DNA of 64,000 nucleotides. It comes from Lingula anatina (lineage: Eukaryota > Animalia > Brachiopoda). Where the stretch lies: assembly GCA_051362555.1 (NCBI GenBank), contig CM120643.1:26230848-26294847 (forward strand), written 5' to 3'. A program made the position numbers and the translations under genes. Shown in pieces: positions 52,101 through 64,000 of this stretch. A model generated the notes under the pieces. That model had not been told where the DNA came from. It was given only the letters and a program-made list of their open reading frames with translations, and made no database searches. The stretch's first letter is position 1; every line of letters begins with the position of its first letter.

Positions 52101-54713
52101 TCTTCACGTTGTTCTTCAAATACATATGAAGGAAGACATAAAAGGTAATTAGCCTGCCCCTCCTTTTCTGTGCTTTTTAAGGGGCATCAGTTCAAAAGTT
52201 TTAGTTATATGGAATAAAAAGCTTTAAGAAATTATAAATCAAATAGAAAAAATAGAAAAAGCATTGTAATGAAGAGTATTGTGGGTTAAATAGAGAAAAA
52301 AATATGCGTCCGTTCTTTTAGACTTCTCTTCCGCAAATAACACAGAGTTGATTTAAATTGTCTTAATTTTACATATGTTTTTACTTCAAATAACGCCTTA
52401 AGTGTTGACTTTCATCAGGGAATGGAGCTTAACATTGAAATATTGGGGAAATTATGATTGTATCTTTGATTACACAGTAGGCTATAGCTGATGAAATACT
52501 TTGCTTGATTTTAATTTTTTATTTTCATTTTTTTTAGCTTCTGCCACCGGGCCTCTGGACTTCAGCGGTCTAAGAGTGTCCCTGAGAACGACTCAGCCTC
52601 AGTATGAGATCGCCATGGGGGTGCTAGGGAACGTGGGATACGTGCCGGCTAAAACTGGAGGTAAGCCCTCCCCCCCCCTCTCTCTCTGTGTGTGTGTGTG
52701 TGTGTGTGTGCGTGTGTGTGTGTGTGTAAATGAATACTCAATTGTGTTTATATTAGTTTCAGATAAGTTGCTCATGAAGTAGACCTACAAACGTCCTTAA
52801 ATAAATAAATAAACAATTTATTTAATTTAAAAAAATTACAATGTTCATATATGCACAAATGTTTAACACAAAATATTCTATTATTTCAGCCGCCACCACG
52901 GACTCTGCCTGCAAGTGGCCGCTGCCCATGACGGTGCCTCTGGCCGCCTACTCCCTCCACACACACAATCTAGGTAAAAATGGATGCTTTCTGCAATTTA
53001 ATTTAAATCAAAATGGAGATTGATTTCAAAATATTACAGCTGATGCTTATGAATGTAAGTTGTGCATTCTTTTCCGAGAGTTTTAGACAAAGAGAAGCAT
53101 TATTTAGCCGAAATACAACGAAAACGCTGCCAGTATATGACATTTTTTCCCTCCGAACGGCCTAAAGCGCCATCTAAGGTCATAATCAGTTCTCCATTCT
53201 TTTGCCACCAGGTCGCGCTGTGTCCGCCTACATAATTCGCAATGGTGAATGGATTGAGATTGGTCGAGGTGACCCTGGATATCCAGAGGTGATTATAGTG
53301 TTAATGTATAGAGTGTTCTCAGCTATAGATCTGTGGCCATTGTCAAAAAATAACACAAGTCCGAAAATTGTTTTACTTCATAGATCAGAATTTTAGAATT
53401 TTTGTTTAAAAAAATTAATTTATCGATAAATCAGTAGTAGTCCAATTTATTAAATCGCTGCGCCAGTTTTTTTTTTACAATAGCATGGTAGACTTGGCTA
53501 ATGTTTTTGGGCTAAAGCTCTTTAATGAAGCGAAAATTTTTAAAAACGAAAATTTTATCATAGACAAGAATGTGAGACGTCGAAAATGCGTTTAAATTCT
53601 TCTTGCAGGGGCCAGCTGGGAGGGGGGTATTTGAGACAGAAGTTAGATTCAAGACCTGATAACTGTAGTGATTGGTCTAGATACATTCTACGTACCTTAA
53701 TCTTTAGAAATAGCAATGGTTTAACCCATTTTCTTTCTGTCCACTACAGATGGTGATGGACATTGCTGACAGAGGACTGACCATTCGACCAGGAGATATT
53801 CTGGTAAGATAGCGTCCGCTTAGCAAAGAGTAATAGATGTATTTTGAAGTAATAGTTATTTTAATTTGTTTAAGTTTTATTTCCGTAGAATAAATATATT
53901 TGCAGGTTAAACAAATCACTAAAACGATAACGTTTTTTCTTTTTATATCGGGATAAAGAAGCGAATTTGTCTACTGTACTTTTGTCTGAACAGTTATCAG
54001 TAATCTGTTTTCTGGTGCAAGGAATTCATTATTTTCTTTTTTCTTTTTCAATTAGGCTGCAAGATGCACCTTCGACAATGACCAAGATCATGATGTGAAG
54101 TTTGGGTAAGTATTGTAAAGATTACGTTTTAACCCATATGCCTGACAGCGTAAAAAAGTGTACTCAAAAATATCAAGACGGGGATGGGTAAAAAATATTT
54201 TTTTAAAACTGCTGTTCCTCATCCAAAAATTAAAATATCGGTGCAATTTAGGAAAAATTAGTTTCTAGAAGCATACAGGATTGCGTGTTCTGCCATTTTG
54301 GAAAAGGTGAAGAGAACTGCAACCCTTGTTTTATTTCATTTAAAAATGGACCCGTTACTGAAAATTTTAATTTATTTTAATTTTACAATGTGAAAAACCA
54401 GTATTTATTCTATCATAGCTCTTGCTTTCTTTCTTTATTTTTCGGTTGACTGATTTATTAATTGGTTTATTGATTGATTGATTTTCCCTGCAGCTCCGAG
54501 CACGGCGGTGAGATGTGCAACGTGTACCTGCACTATGGCGTCAGCAGCGACACCCCTGCCCATCAGCGCATGCTCCAATGTTCGACTAACGCCCAGAAGT
54601 TTCACTGGGACACGTACTTCGAGTCCACGCCAGCCGACGCCTCAGACCCCAACGGGGATACTGACCAGGCTAGAATGGTCAAGCGTCTAGGTCTGGTCAA
54701 AGTGCCATATTAA
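49159..54713 (+). CDS. Stand-alone PHM-like (peptidylglycine alpha-hydroxylating monooxygenase family) Cu type II ascorbate-dependent monooxygenase, 11 exons, 340 aa, secreted, no PAL domain
   Basis: Phase-consistent GT-AG exons: 49159-49263, 50020-50074, 50423-50510, 50866-50960, 52073-52144, 52538-52660, 52890-52973, 53212-53288, 53750-53803, 54056-54105, 54494-54713 (1023 nt). Signal peptide MFNILIFVFTLFALSSA. Motifs VHHM, EWGRDAP, VLQIH, DFSG, HTHNLG, RNGEW..IGR, GDILAARCTF and EMCNVY are colinear with the PHM catalytic core. AATAAA at ~54817. Confidence 0.93.
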
Positions 54714-56485
54714 TTGTTTGAGATTGAGTTTATTAAAGTATGCTGGATGACAGTGCATAAAAGAATTCAAAGTGCGTCGATATCAAGCTTAAAGAGTTGA
54801 TTTCAAGAAGCTGCAGAATAAATGCATTTATTGAGAAAAACAATTGACTGTAAATTGAGGATTTTGGAGACCCCACAATTAAATTCACTACCTCTGTTTT
54901 CTTATTGTATTTTCTAAATTTATTCAGCCAATCGGTCAACCTCGATAAGTCCCGTATCCACTGTTCTAGGTATGCGCTCAACAGAGATCTCCCGAATAGT
55001 CATCTTGTTTTAGTGTTGGGTGTATTTTGAGCATACGCCCTTCACGCTCATTGTAATTAAAAGCAATGACAAGTACCTGTTGCTTTGATACGTGCGCTGC
55101 CTTTTGTTTTACATAATATGATAACATATTTGTTTTGTTGTTAATTGTAATTGATCAAATAAACCAATTTGATGTATTTACGTGCCTCGCGACTTTTTAT
55201 CATGTCAACAATAGTTACTGAGATAAGGCTATGTGAGAGAAATATGGTGCAAGGTATGTGTTGATTAAAATTTGAAGAAATCATTCTTTTTCTCCATAAA
55301 GAAATCCTTGCACCCCCCCCCCCAAAAAAAAAAAAATAAAAAAAATAAAAAATAAGTACTTTGTTTGGTTTGTTAATTTGGATACGTTGGCAAGAAAATG
55401 ACTCCCTGGAATGATTTCTGTTGTAGGAGTTTGTATCAAAACTTGTGGTAATCCAAAGCAATAACAACCCTCTTCAAATCTATTTAAAAGTGATATTACG
55501 CACGAGTCGGAAGCCGAAGTCAGCCAGAGGTCACAAACCAGTGTGATTTAACCCTGTCAGAAAAATATTCTCTTGATTTAACAAAAAAAAAAAAAAATTT
55601 AGGCCTATAAGGAAATACATCAGAAGTCATTAAAATGCATGTATTTCAAGGTTTTAGTAAGTTCTTAAAACAATAGTGATTTTAATTTCTATCGTAAATG
55701 AGTGTTCAACACCACATAGCCTGCTGTAGAAATAACAGATTCCACTCAATCAATCGCAAAAATGCCGTGACCAGATCCCAGTGAAGGCACCTTGTATCAA
55801 AAATGTCCCCTTCATGTAACGAATTACTTTCTAATTTTGATTCGTGTAGTACTTGTTGTCATTCGCGTTATGACATCTTTAAAGCGGTAGTTTGGTGTTA
55901 TCTACCGCGTTTGTAGCGACCCAGCCTACGGTTTATCGGAGAATTTAGAAACCGTGAATAAACAACGTCCACACGCGTGCATGTCTTCCACTATGGATAC
56001 ACAACTTCGTGATTGAAAGATTTTAACCCTCTTTCACAGCTCAGGCAGTTAATGACCTGAAAATTTTCACTATTTATTTAATATAAAGTTTTTAACTAAT
56101 TTTCTTTAAAATGCAGTAGTTCTTAATAGTAATGCAAAATGTTTTTGTAGGTTCGTTAGCTTATGTGTAATGATTATGTTAGTTCGACTCATTAAAATTT
56201 ACAATAAAGCACAGACACTTAAAATCTAGGTCGTTGCTACATAAGCGATGAATTTCGGTTAGCCTAATCCAAAATAATTCTATATATTGCTTGCTAGAAG
56301 AAAAAACAATTCCACACCCTTTTAGGTATGTTTCGCTATATAAATTAAATCTTGCTACAAATATTTTCATCATGCATATACCAATGTTTAAATATCGAGC
56401 TAAAACGCTTTAAACGGAGTCCGCGCAAGAGGGCAAATTAATCCCAGCTACCAAAAGTTATCGGAGAATAGGGGTGTTTCACTTT

Positions 56486-56546
56486 TATAAAACAGCAGAT
56501 CGTGTTAGCAGCGGAAGGAGCGTTGCCGAAAAAAAACAAAATTTAG
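56486..56546 (+). promoter_or_regulatory. TATA box and probable non-coding first exon of the small secreted gene
   Basis: TATAAAA at 56486-56492; donor AG|GTAGGA at 56546/7; acceptor TAG ~56726 just before the ATG at 56748. Confidence 0.45.
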
Positions 56547-56747
56547 GTAGGAAATAATTCGACATTTTTAAATATTGTCTTTAAATTAAGAACTAGGAAA
56601 ATAAACACGAGTTAATATAACGTAAAAGGTCAGGGTTCTCTTAAGCGACAAGTATGATTGATTTCATGGCTTTTTCTAGTAGTCTTTCATTCAAATTACA
56701 ATTTCTCATTTAAATTGAAACGGTAGACAAGCAGCATACACCTCAAG

Positions 56748-57308
56748 ATGCACACCTCGCTGACAGTAACCCTACTTATCGTCTGCGCTCTGCATTTGAT
56801 CGTCTGCGCGCCTTCTCCATCCCTGATGAAGGAACTGAAAAATCTTTACGAAGCCGAAGGTACAATTATATTGACACAGAAATTGATTTCAATATATAAA
56901 CCTAATATATATAATCCCGCTTTATATTTACGTTTTCACTTTTACATTTTTGAGGCAACCGGTTACGGATTTACAGAATTTAGAATTATGACTTGGACAG
57001 ATCTTTGGGATTAATCTTAAGGAAACAGTAGCACAAAGCTTCAAAGCTGTAATCATTAAATTCCCATAATGTACCAAAGGACAATCAAAAAACATTAAAA
57101 GTGAATCACCGAATTAAAGAAGTATAAATTGGACATTATAAAATCATTTGACACCATTTTTACGTTATTTTCGAAGTCGACGAGATTTCAGTGCGAGATG
57201 AGCTTACAAAGGACTCCGCCGTGAGGAGAGCAGATCCTCAGGCAGAAAATAGGCCGCTTCGACCTGGGGAAGGTAAATCTTACCGATTTGTGTCGTTTCA
57301 GAGAGATC

Positions 57309-57349
<41 letters not shown>

Positions 57350-58686
57350 TATTTGGAAATTCTCTTGGAACTCTGCTTATGATTCGGGCATCAAATCTAG
57401 AGAGATCGATTTGAATCGGCGGAGATAGTCCATTTGAAGTCAAGAGATAATATTTTTATCTTAAACTGTTAATGAATTATGACATCCATTGTGTGCTTTA
57501 AAGTAAAGAATGTGTGTGTGCGTGCGTGCGTATGTGTGTGTGTGTGTGTGTGTGACTATAGGTTCAACTAATATTTCTTAACGGCATAGTAAAGCACAAA
57601 TTTTAAGTCGGGGAGTATTGCATATTTATGTTATCTGATATATCCCGACCTCTTCAAAATTTTTATATTCTTAAAGTATAAAAACAAGGTACAAAAAACC
57701 GAGAGAAAACCTACCCTCTACCAGGGCGACAGATTGAGTTTTCACATATGTCTCTAGATAAATAGTCAGTCATTTGGCTGTCTGGCTTTTTCCATTTTCC
57801 CTATATAATCTGCCACCCTGGAAGAGGGTAGGGGAAACCCAACTTGTAGAGCTCTTTCAACACGTGTATATGTGTGATCCTTCCACACCCCGGGTTTCAG
57901 GAGTTATTGGGGACCCAGCTCTATCACATAGAACTACTAGTGGGAGTCAGTTACTACTAACTGAGATTCTCAGCGTGCCCTTTCTAACTCTAAACTCTAT
58001 ATCTCTAGGCTACGATCCTTGCGAGTTTGAAGGCACTTTCCGTGAGTATGGAGAGAAGTTTGAGGTGGTGGACAAGGTACTGAAATGCCGCAAGACGTGC
58101 TACTGCCAGGGGAGCACTATTGGCGTGTTCTGTCACCCATGTAAGGTAAGCAGACGATTAACTATCGAGTTCTGTTCTACCAAGTTATTAAATGCCAAAT
58201 TAAAATTTCATTTATTATTGAAAAAAAAAAACAACAAACAAAAAACGTTTAGTATTTTTACTTAAAAGGGGCAAAAAACGATAGATTTCTATGCTAACAT
58301 TTTATTTAAGCGTTCATGAAGATTACTAGGCATCCAGATGGGATAGTGTGCATATTTTTTTTTTATTTTAAAAGGACTTGCAATGTCAATACCTGATTCG
58401 TATTTCACAGGGAGGGTCTTGTTCAGAAAAAGTGGGTCATTTACCCACCAAGATGACCCAGCTAAAGAAACGGAATAAACCCCCAATTTTATAACCTTTT
58501 CCGATCAAAAAAAGTGGTTCTTTTGCACCCCCCCCCCCCCCCCACCACCACCATTGACTGACATTGAAAGTCTAGACAAGATGACAAACATTAACAACCG
58601 CGTATTTTAATTGACAAAGACAAAAGTTAATCTTTTCCTAATAACAAACCGTACTATTTCCAACGTCTCTTCTGTTTCAGGCCTGA
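56748..58686 (+). CDS. Small secreted Cys-rich prepropeptide (signal + acidic pro-region + RR + 6-Cys VWC-half/pacifastin-like module), ~111-116 aa
   Basis: Exons 56748-56859 (MHTSLTVTLLIVCALHLIVCAPSPSLMKELKNLYEAE), 57177 or 57192-57272 (..VRDELTKDSAVRRADPQAENRPLRPGE), 58009-58145 (GYDPCEFEGTFREYGEKFEVVDKVLKCRKTCYCQGSTIGVFCHPCK) and 58681-58686 (A*). All phases are compatible and all introns are GT-AG. Confidence 0.8.
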
Positions 58687-59349
58687 AGACTCTAAACTTA
58701 GTTCCGTTTACTTCAAGCGAAAAGGATTACTTTCCATGTAAACAGATACACCGGGGTCGAGATATACGAGCTTTAAATATCACACTGATTTCTTTCTTGT
58801 TGTCCATTAATCTCTGTATTAACTGCTTCTGTATTCGTTCCTTATCAAAAGAAAAAAAGAGACATCCGCAAACAATGTTGAAATGACTTTGCAATAATTA
58901 TATAGGCCTATTTAGAGAAAATATTTCTTAGTTTCTTTAATTCCGTCACTGACTCAGCAGTACCAAGACGTCATAGGAGCTTAGTTTTCAAAAACAGATT
59001 TTTAGATGGCATTTGTAGAAAGATATGTCCAATAAACTTTTAAAGACAACACAAACATGTACAGCACATTGCACGGGTTTTTCTCATCTACTTTCCGCAC
59101 ATCTGGCGTTTCATTTGATCAGAAATTCGCTTCCTATATTTAATAACAAATAAAAAAAATACGGCTAACAATGACTGTGGGTTGCAATTGACCACTCCAA
59201 AATCATTTGACATAAAACATGCTAAATTTTCTTCCACAAAACATTTAATAAAAAGGGAATTAAAGCAAGAGCAACCACGAAATTAAACATTTTATCAATA
59301 TTTATATGAATTTCAAAATAATCATATGTGGCTGTGATATAAACTGATA

Positions 59350-60481
59350 TCATCCGGGTCTTTCGTGAATTGGCAAACTTTTCATATAGCACATAAACGT
59401 GCTCCACATAAAGGTGGCGCTACTGAGAAAGAGGAGCCTCCTGTCTGGTGGCACATACTTGTAGTTGATGAACTGGACGAACGGGAAGTACATGCATCTG
59501 ACCTAGAGAAATTGAAACAAAATCGAGAGTTTCGAAAGAAGATAAATAATATGAAAAAAAACATCAGATACGGTAATTTTCCCCGCCTTTGTTGCAATTA
59601 AAATGCCTAAACGCACTGAACATCTGTTTTTATCTTAAAACAGGTCTGGGTATACGTGTACCTTGTACGTATGAAAAGTCGGTTGATTAGATTTAATGTT
59701 AGTATTATATCTTCATAAATAAAGGGTCTAATTGATTTATTTTTATTTTATTTTTTTATTTTTTATTTTATTTTATTTTTTTTTTTACTAAAAGAAGACT
59801 ATAAAGAAGACTATATTACATTATATTACAGTGAACATATTTACCTCATAAGTTTTAAAGAATTTTTCCTGCAGCTCTTCCCAACTTTCTTTTAAACTTC
59901 TTCTCTCGAATAAATTATTAGCTTAAAAGGAACACAAAAGGAAAGATAAGCATAGGCCTATGAAATGGAAAATAAAGAAAAAAAAGGAATTAAGATATTT
60001 TACAAATGGACGATATATTTTCTCTCTCTGACTCTCTACTTGAAAGTAAAGTGAGTTTCAAAGGATCTACCTCATTACATCAACAGCGCCACCACCAGAG
60101 GGCGATAAGGCCGATAAGGCAGTAGATCAAACATTAAAAATCATCATACTAATCCAAGACAATCCACTCACCACAATAAAACGTGGTGATAGCAATGGGG
60201 CCAAACACCACCTGTTCCACCAAAACTCTTCGAGCCACGGCGACAAAAGTTCTACTGGGAGAGAATATCCTCTCGGCAATCCGAACCCAAGTGAAGTTCA
60301 GTGGCCCGATGAAGATACAGCCCGCTAAGCTGCGCCTCAGCGTCTCTAAGCTGTCATACGGTCTCTTATGGCGGTCAATAACTATCTGGTCAACTATATC
60401 CGCACCCGTGTAAATGGCCCCATAACTTAACATGCTTTTTAGTACGGGGTACGACTTCCATATTCTATACAGTTTCCTCAT
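59350..60481 (-). CDS. Mpv17/PMP22 family membrane protein (Mpv17-like), 3 exons, 179 aa
   Basis: Exons 60481-60172, 59921-59845, 59502-59350. Motifs GADIVDQ, GPLNFTW, VLVEQVVFGP, FPFVQFINYKYVP..RLLF and W..F.CY are typical of the family. Confidence 0.9.
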
Positions 60482-63193
60482 GTCTTTCCAGAAGTCCCGT
60501 AGTTTCCCAGGTTCTTATACTTTCCGGAACATCGGAACATTGGACTGATTCATGATTGAAATGTGTAATGATCGTCTTTATCAGCCTTTATCACTTTGTC
60601 CCATACAGCAGCCACAGCAGTGTGCGGTAGCTTTACTTGCCCTGTCCTTTGTAGGCCTATACTGACTATATAACATAGTGCCGATATAAACCATTACCTG
60701 TTTCGTTTTCCAGCCAAGTTCTATAAATAGGCCGTTACGGCGAAAAACCTACTAACTGTTGGCCCTACCTTATTTTTAAATAATTTCTTCGCAGGGACAG
60801 TACATATTGTATGGTGAAACGAGACACTGTTCAGATTACGTTTGTTATACATTTCGAGAGCTCAAGCAAACGTACAAAGGGTGGGGTAGACTGGTGAAGC
60901 GTGGGAAAATTATAAATAGAAGAGGTGGGATCGTCGGGTCAATTCCACCCCCCCTCCCCTCTCTCTCTCTCTCTCTCTCTCTCTGTCTGTGGGCAATACG
61001 GCTTTTTTCCAAAGTTTGCTCATAGATTTTCTTCGTCTAAGCGACCAAATATCGACAAGGAAGTCCGCGTGTTCTACACCTGGGACAATCCATTCTTTGA
61101 AGTTTTAATCCGATTCTCAACTTATCTTCCCGTATCATTTCTCAGTCTCCTTGTCTCATTGACTACAAACTGAGATTAATTCTTATCAATATTAGTGTAT
61201 AACTACCCTAGTGAGCCTATACATTGTGATAACACCTGCAGTTTGTCCGAAAATACGTCGCCGAGCGAATGCTTTTTTCGTAAAACATTCGAAGGGACAA
61301 CGTACATGTACAAAGGTGTCTTACAAGGACGCCATCATATATTTTAAATCAGCTTGCGTTGTGTATTTATACATTTTAATGTATTATTTTAATGATTAAA
61401 ATCAACAACGGTTAAGTACTAGTGTCTCTAGGCCTGTTATGGTTATCCCAAAAAACTTCAAAGAATGAATTGTCCCAATTACGTGCAGATCCCGCGAATT
61501 TCTTCGTGAGATTTATCTAATTTGGTCACTTAGAACGAACAAAAATTGTGAGCAAAGTTTGAAAAACGGCCGTATTGCCCAGAGAGAGAAGGGGGTGGGG
61601 GGTCAGACGTTCCCTCCCAATCTCCGACCCGACCTGAGAACGATTGATGTGTAACAGTAGCGAAACGAGCGGAAATTCAGCATCCATTTTTTTATTTAAA
61701 GAGAAAGATTGAGTAGGCCCTGTAACTCGAATATTCTGCTCATTTTTCATCAAATTATTGTTATAGTTAAATTTACTCCGGTCGCATTCAACTTTGTTGT
61801 AACTTTATTCGCTTTTAACTGACTGAAGCTGACGGTTTTATTATTTCTTCTGTTCAGGAGGTACCGATTTTTCCAGTTGGTTTGTTAGTTAACTCAAAAA
61901 AGTTCTAGATGAATACTGATTAAAAATTTCGGAAATATAATTACTTAAAATCGATAAAATTATGGTGGTTATAGTGGGGATCAATGCTCTCTAACTGCTT
62001 TTCGTAACTGTATAAGTCTGGATCGAGTTCTGAAGATAATTTACCACTCAGTGCAGTCATTAATGTGCTAGCCGCTATACACTGCTTTATTTCTTAGCTG
62101 TAAGGTGCAAAAAAATTTTCATTTTTGAGACAATCTAAATTATTTTCAGGAGGTGACTGTGCCCTAGCATCATACACCAGTGTAAGACTTTATTTGTTTT
62201 ATACTTTCAACAAAAATATCATTATTTCTTTAACAGTTTTAATAATCCCATACCAATGCATCAAATAATATGAAGCTATAACATATGTAACAAGTTTTTT
62301 TATTAACAGAAAGGTAACAGTACTTTAAGGTTAAGATATAATCATATCTTAGTAAATATTGTAAATTGTGCATATTCAATAACATTAATAACATTAATTG
62401 CAATAAATTGTAATAAAGTTAACTGCATAACAAATATATTAATGGATAAGTAAATATAGTTTTACTTTGTTTCACTTAGTTAAACAATCAGAAGTTTAAA
62501 TATATAGAACCATGATCTATGTAATAAGTCTTATTCATAGAAATGTAGCAGTAATTTAAAGGTCAAGAAATATAAATGAGTAAATATGGTGATCTGTGCG
62601 TACATGAATTTAACAAATAATTAATATGCAAGTTTGGCCTCAATTAAATAGTTAACATAAGGGTGCCAGAAATTGCAATGATATAATTTGGAAAAAGATG
62701 GTTTTTTTTTTCTTAAAAATGCAAATATATAAACCATTTTTTGCAAATATACAAACCTTTTCTCTAACAGTTCTTTAAATTTGTTTTAAATAAGTCTAAA
62801 GTCAATAGCATTCATCAAAAGTTAAAAGAATCAAAATCACAAATTTATCGAAAAAAATCCTTTCTCCATAAAAGGAGATCCGACCAGAAGTTGCATGCAC
62901 AGTAAAAGACCAGAAATCTCCAAAAATGAGAAGATTGCACCACCTGATGGGGTAAAACTGATGTATGAAAATGGGTCATAAAACAGCATCACAAAGGATT
63001 TCTATTATTCATAAAATTAAAAATCAGTATTCATTGATAAAATCTCTCTAAAAAGTAATTCAAGGCTGCCCTACTACTTACTCTCCAGATGTACAATGGT
63101 CATGACGATTTGCAATATCACTATAGATAAACGCAGTGAACTGCTTGCGTGAAAACCGACATCTTTAAATTATGATCTACATATTTCTTACTG

Positions 63194-63655
63194 TCACTCC
63201 TGGACGGGAAGATTTTTCATATAGCACATAAACGTACTCCACAAAAAGGTGGCGCTGCTGAGAAACAGTATCCTTCTGCTGGCTGATATATACTTATAGT
63301 TTATGAACTGAACCATGGGGAAATAAACACATCCTGCCTGAAATAAGAAAAGGTCATACGAGGGCAATGAAGGATTTCATTGGGTCATTTCACATTGAGC
63401 GATATATCTTAGTGGTCCATATGTAGTTGCATTGCTATGGAGAAAGTTTGGCCTCTACTGGTATTCATGAGTATCAGATAAGACGACTTCATATCTTTTA
63501 ACTATCCTAACTGTAAATCTACTATCTATCTGCCTTTGACAAGTGGATAATATAGCAAACTGCACTTAGCTTTTTTACCTTGAAGGACGTCCAGAACTTA
63601 TCCCTGAGCTCTTTCCAACTTTCTTCAAAACTTCTCCCTTCTAGTAAATAGTTAG
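63194..63655 (-). CDS. Second Mpv17/PMP22 family paralogue, last two exons (first exon beyond window end)
   Basis: Exons 63655-63579 (ANYLLEGRSFEESWKELRDKFWTSFK) and 63337-63194 (AGCVYFPMVQFINYKYISASRRILFLSSATFLWSTFMCYMKNLPVQE*). Same intron phases and same 77-nt middle exon as the neighbouring copy. Confidence 0.88.
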
Positions 63656-64000
63656 CTAAAATGCAAATAAAAATAATTAAGTTTTCTTGGACTTTACAAA
63701 ATTCTTTTCTTTGTCACACAGAGACAAAATATGGGTAAAATAGGTTTTTTAAAATAATACTTGAAAAGTTTCCATGTTGGTTCTTCTTCATCATTCTTTT
63801 TTTAATTTTTTCTAGAACAAAATGCTTGGTGTTTGTGCAAAATAAATATTAAATAAACTGTAAACCTTTCTGCTAATAATAAGAACACAACAAAAACAGA
63901 AATGAGTAATCATCTTAGTTTGAAATTTTCTTGCAAGAAGATTTTAAATGGTTGCTGAGACAGTCATAATTTGTCCTAGGGTTCCCTTTGGACTTCAAAT

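Noticed and set aside
49159-54713. Canonical PAM amidating the neighbouring peptides
   Set aside because: No PAL domain, the R240 equivalent is Ser, and none of the precursor peptides has the required C-terminal Gly.

Overview
AT-rich, microsatellite-laden invertebrate (bilaterian) animal DNA with GT-AG introns; the species cannot be determined from the sequence. From left to right: about 10 kb of non-coding DNA; an intronless FoxC gene (- strand, 10027-11487); and a ~30 kb gene desert upstream of FoxC with candidate enhancers and a few MITE/SINE remnants. Next comes a compact block of three secreted-pathway genes. (i) A prepro-peptide (- strand) carrying 59 KKR-separated copies of a non-amidatable DEDLPSMVAL peptide. 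(ii) Head-to-head with it, an 11-exon stand-alone PHM-like copper monooxygenase that keeps all six Cu ligands but lacks the Arg that binds the substrate carboxylate in canonical PHM. (iii) A small toxin-like prepropeptide with six Cys in its mature part. The window ends with two tandem Mpv17/PMP22-family paralogues. The most interesting hypothesis (inference, untested) is that the repeat precursor plus the divergent Cu monooxygenase form an animal RiPP-like peptide-modification gene cluster. All exon structures were assembled by eye from splice signals and reading-frame phase.
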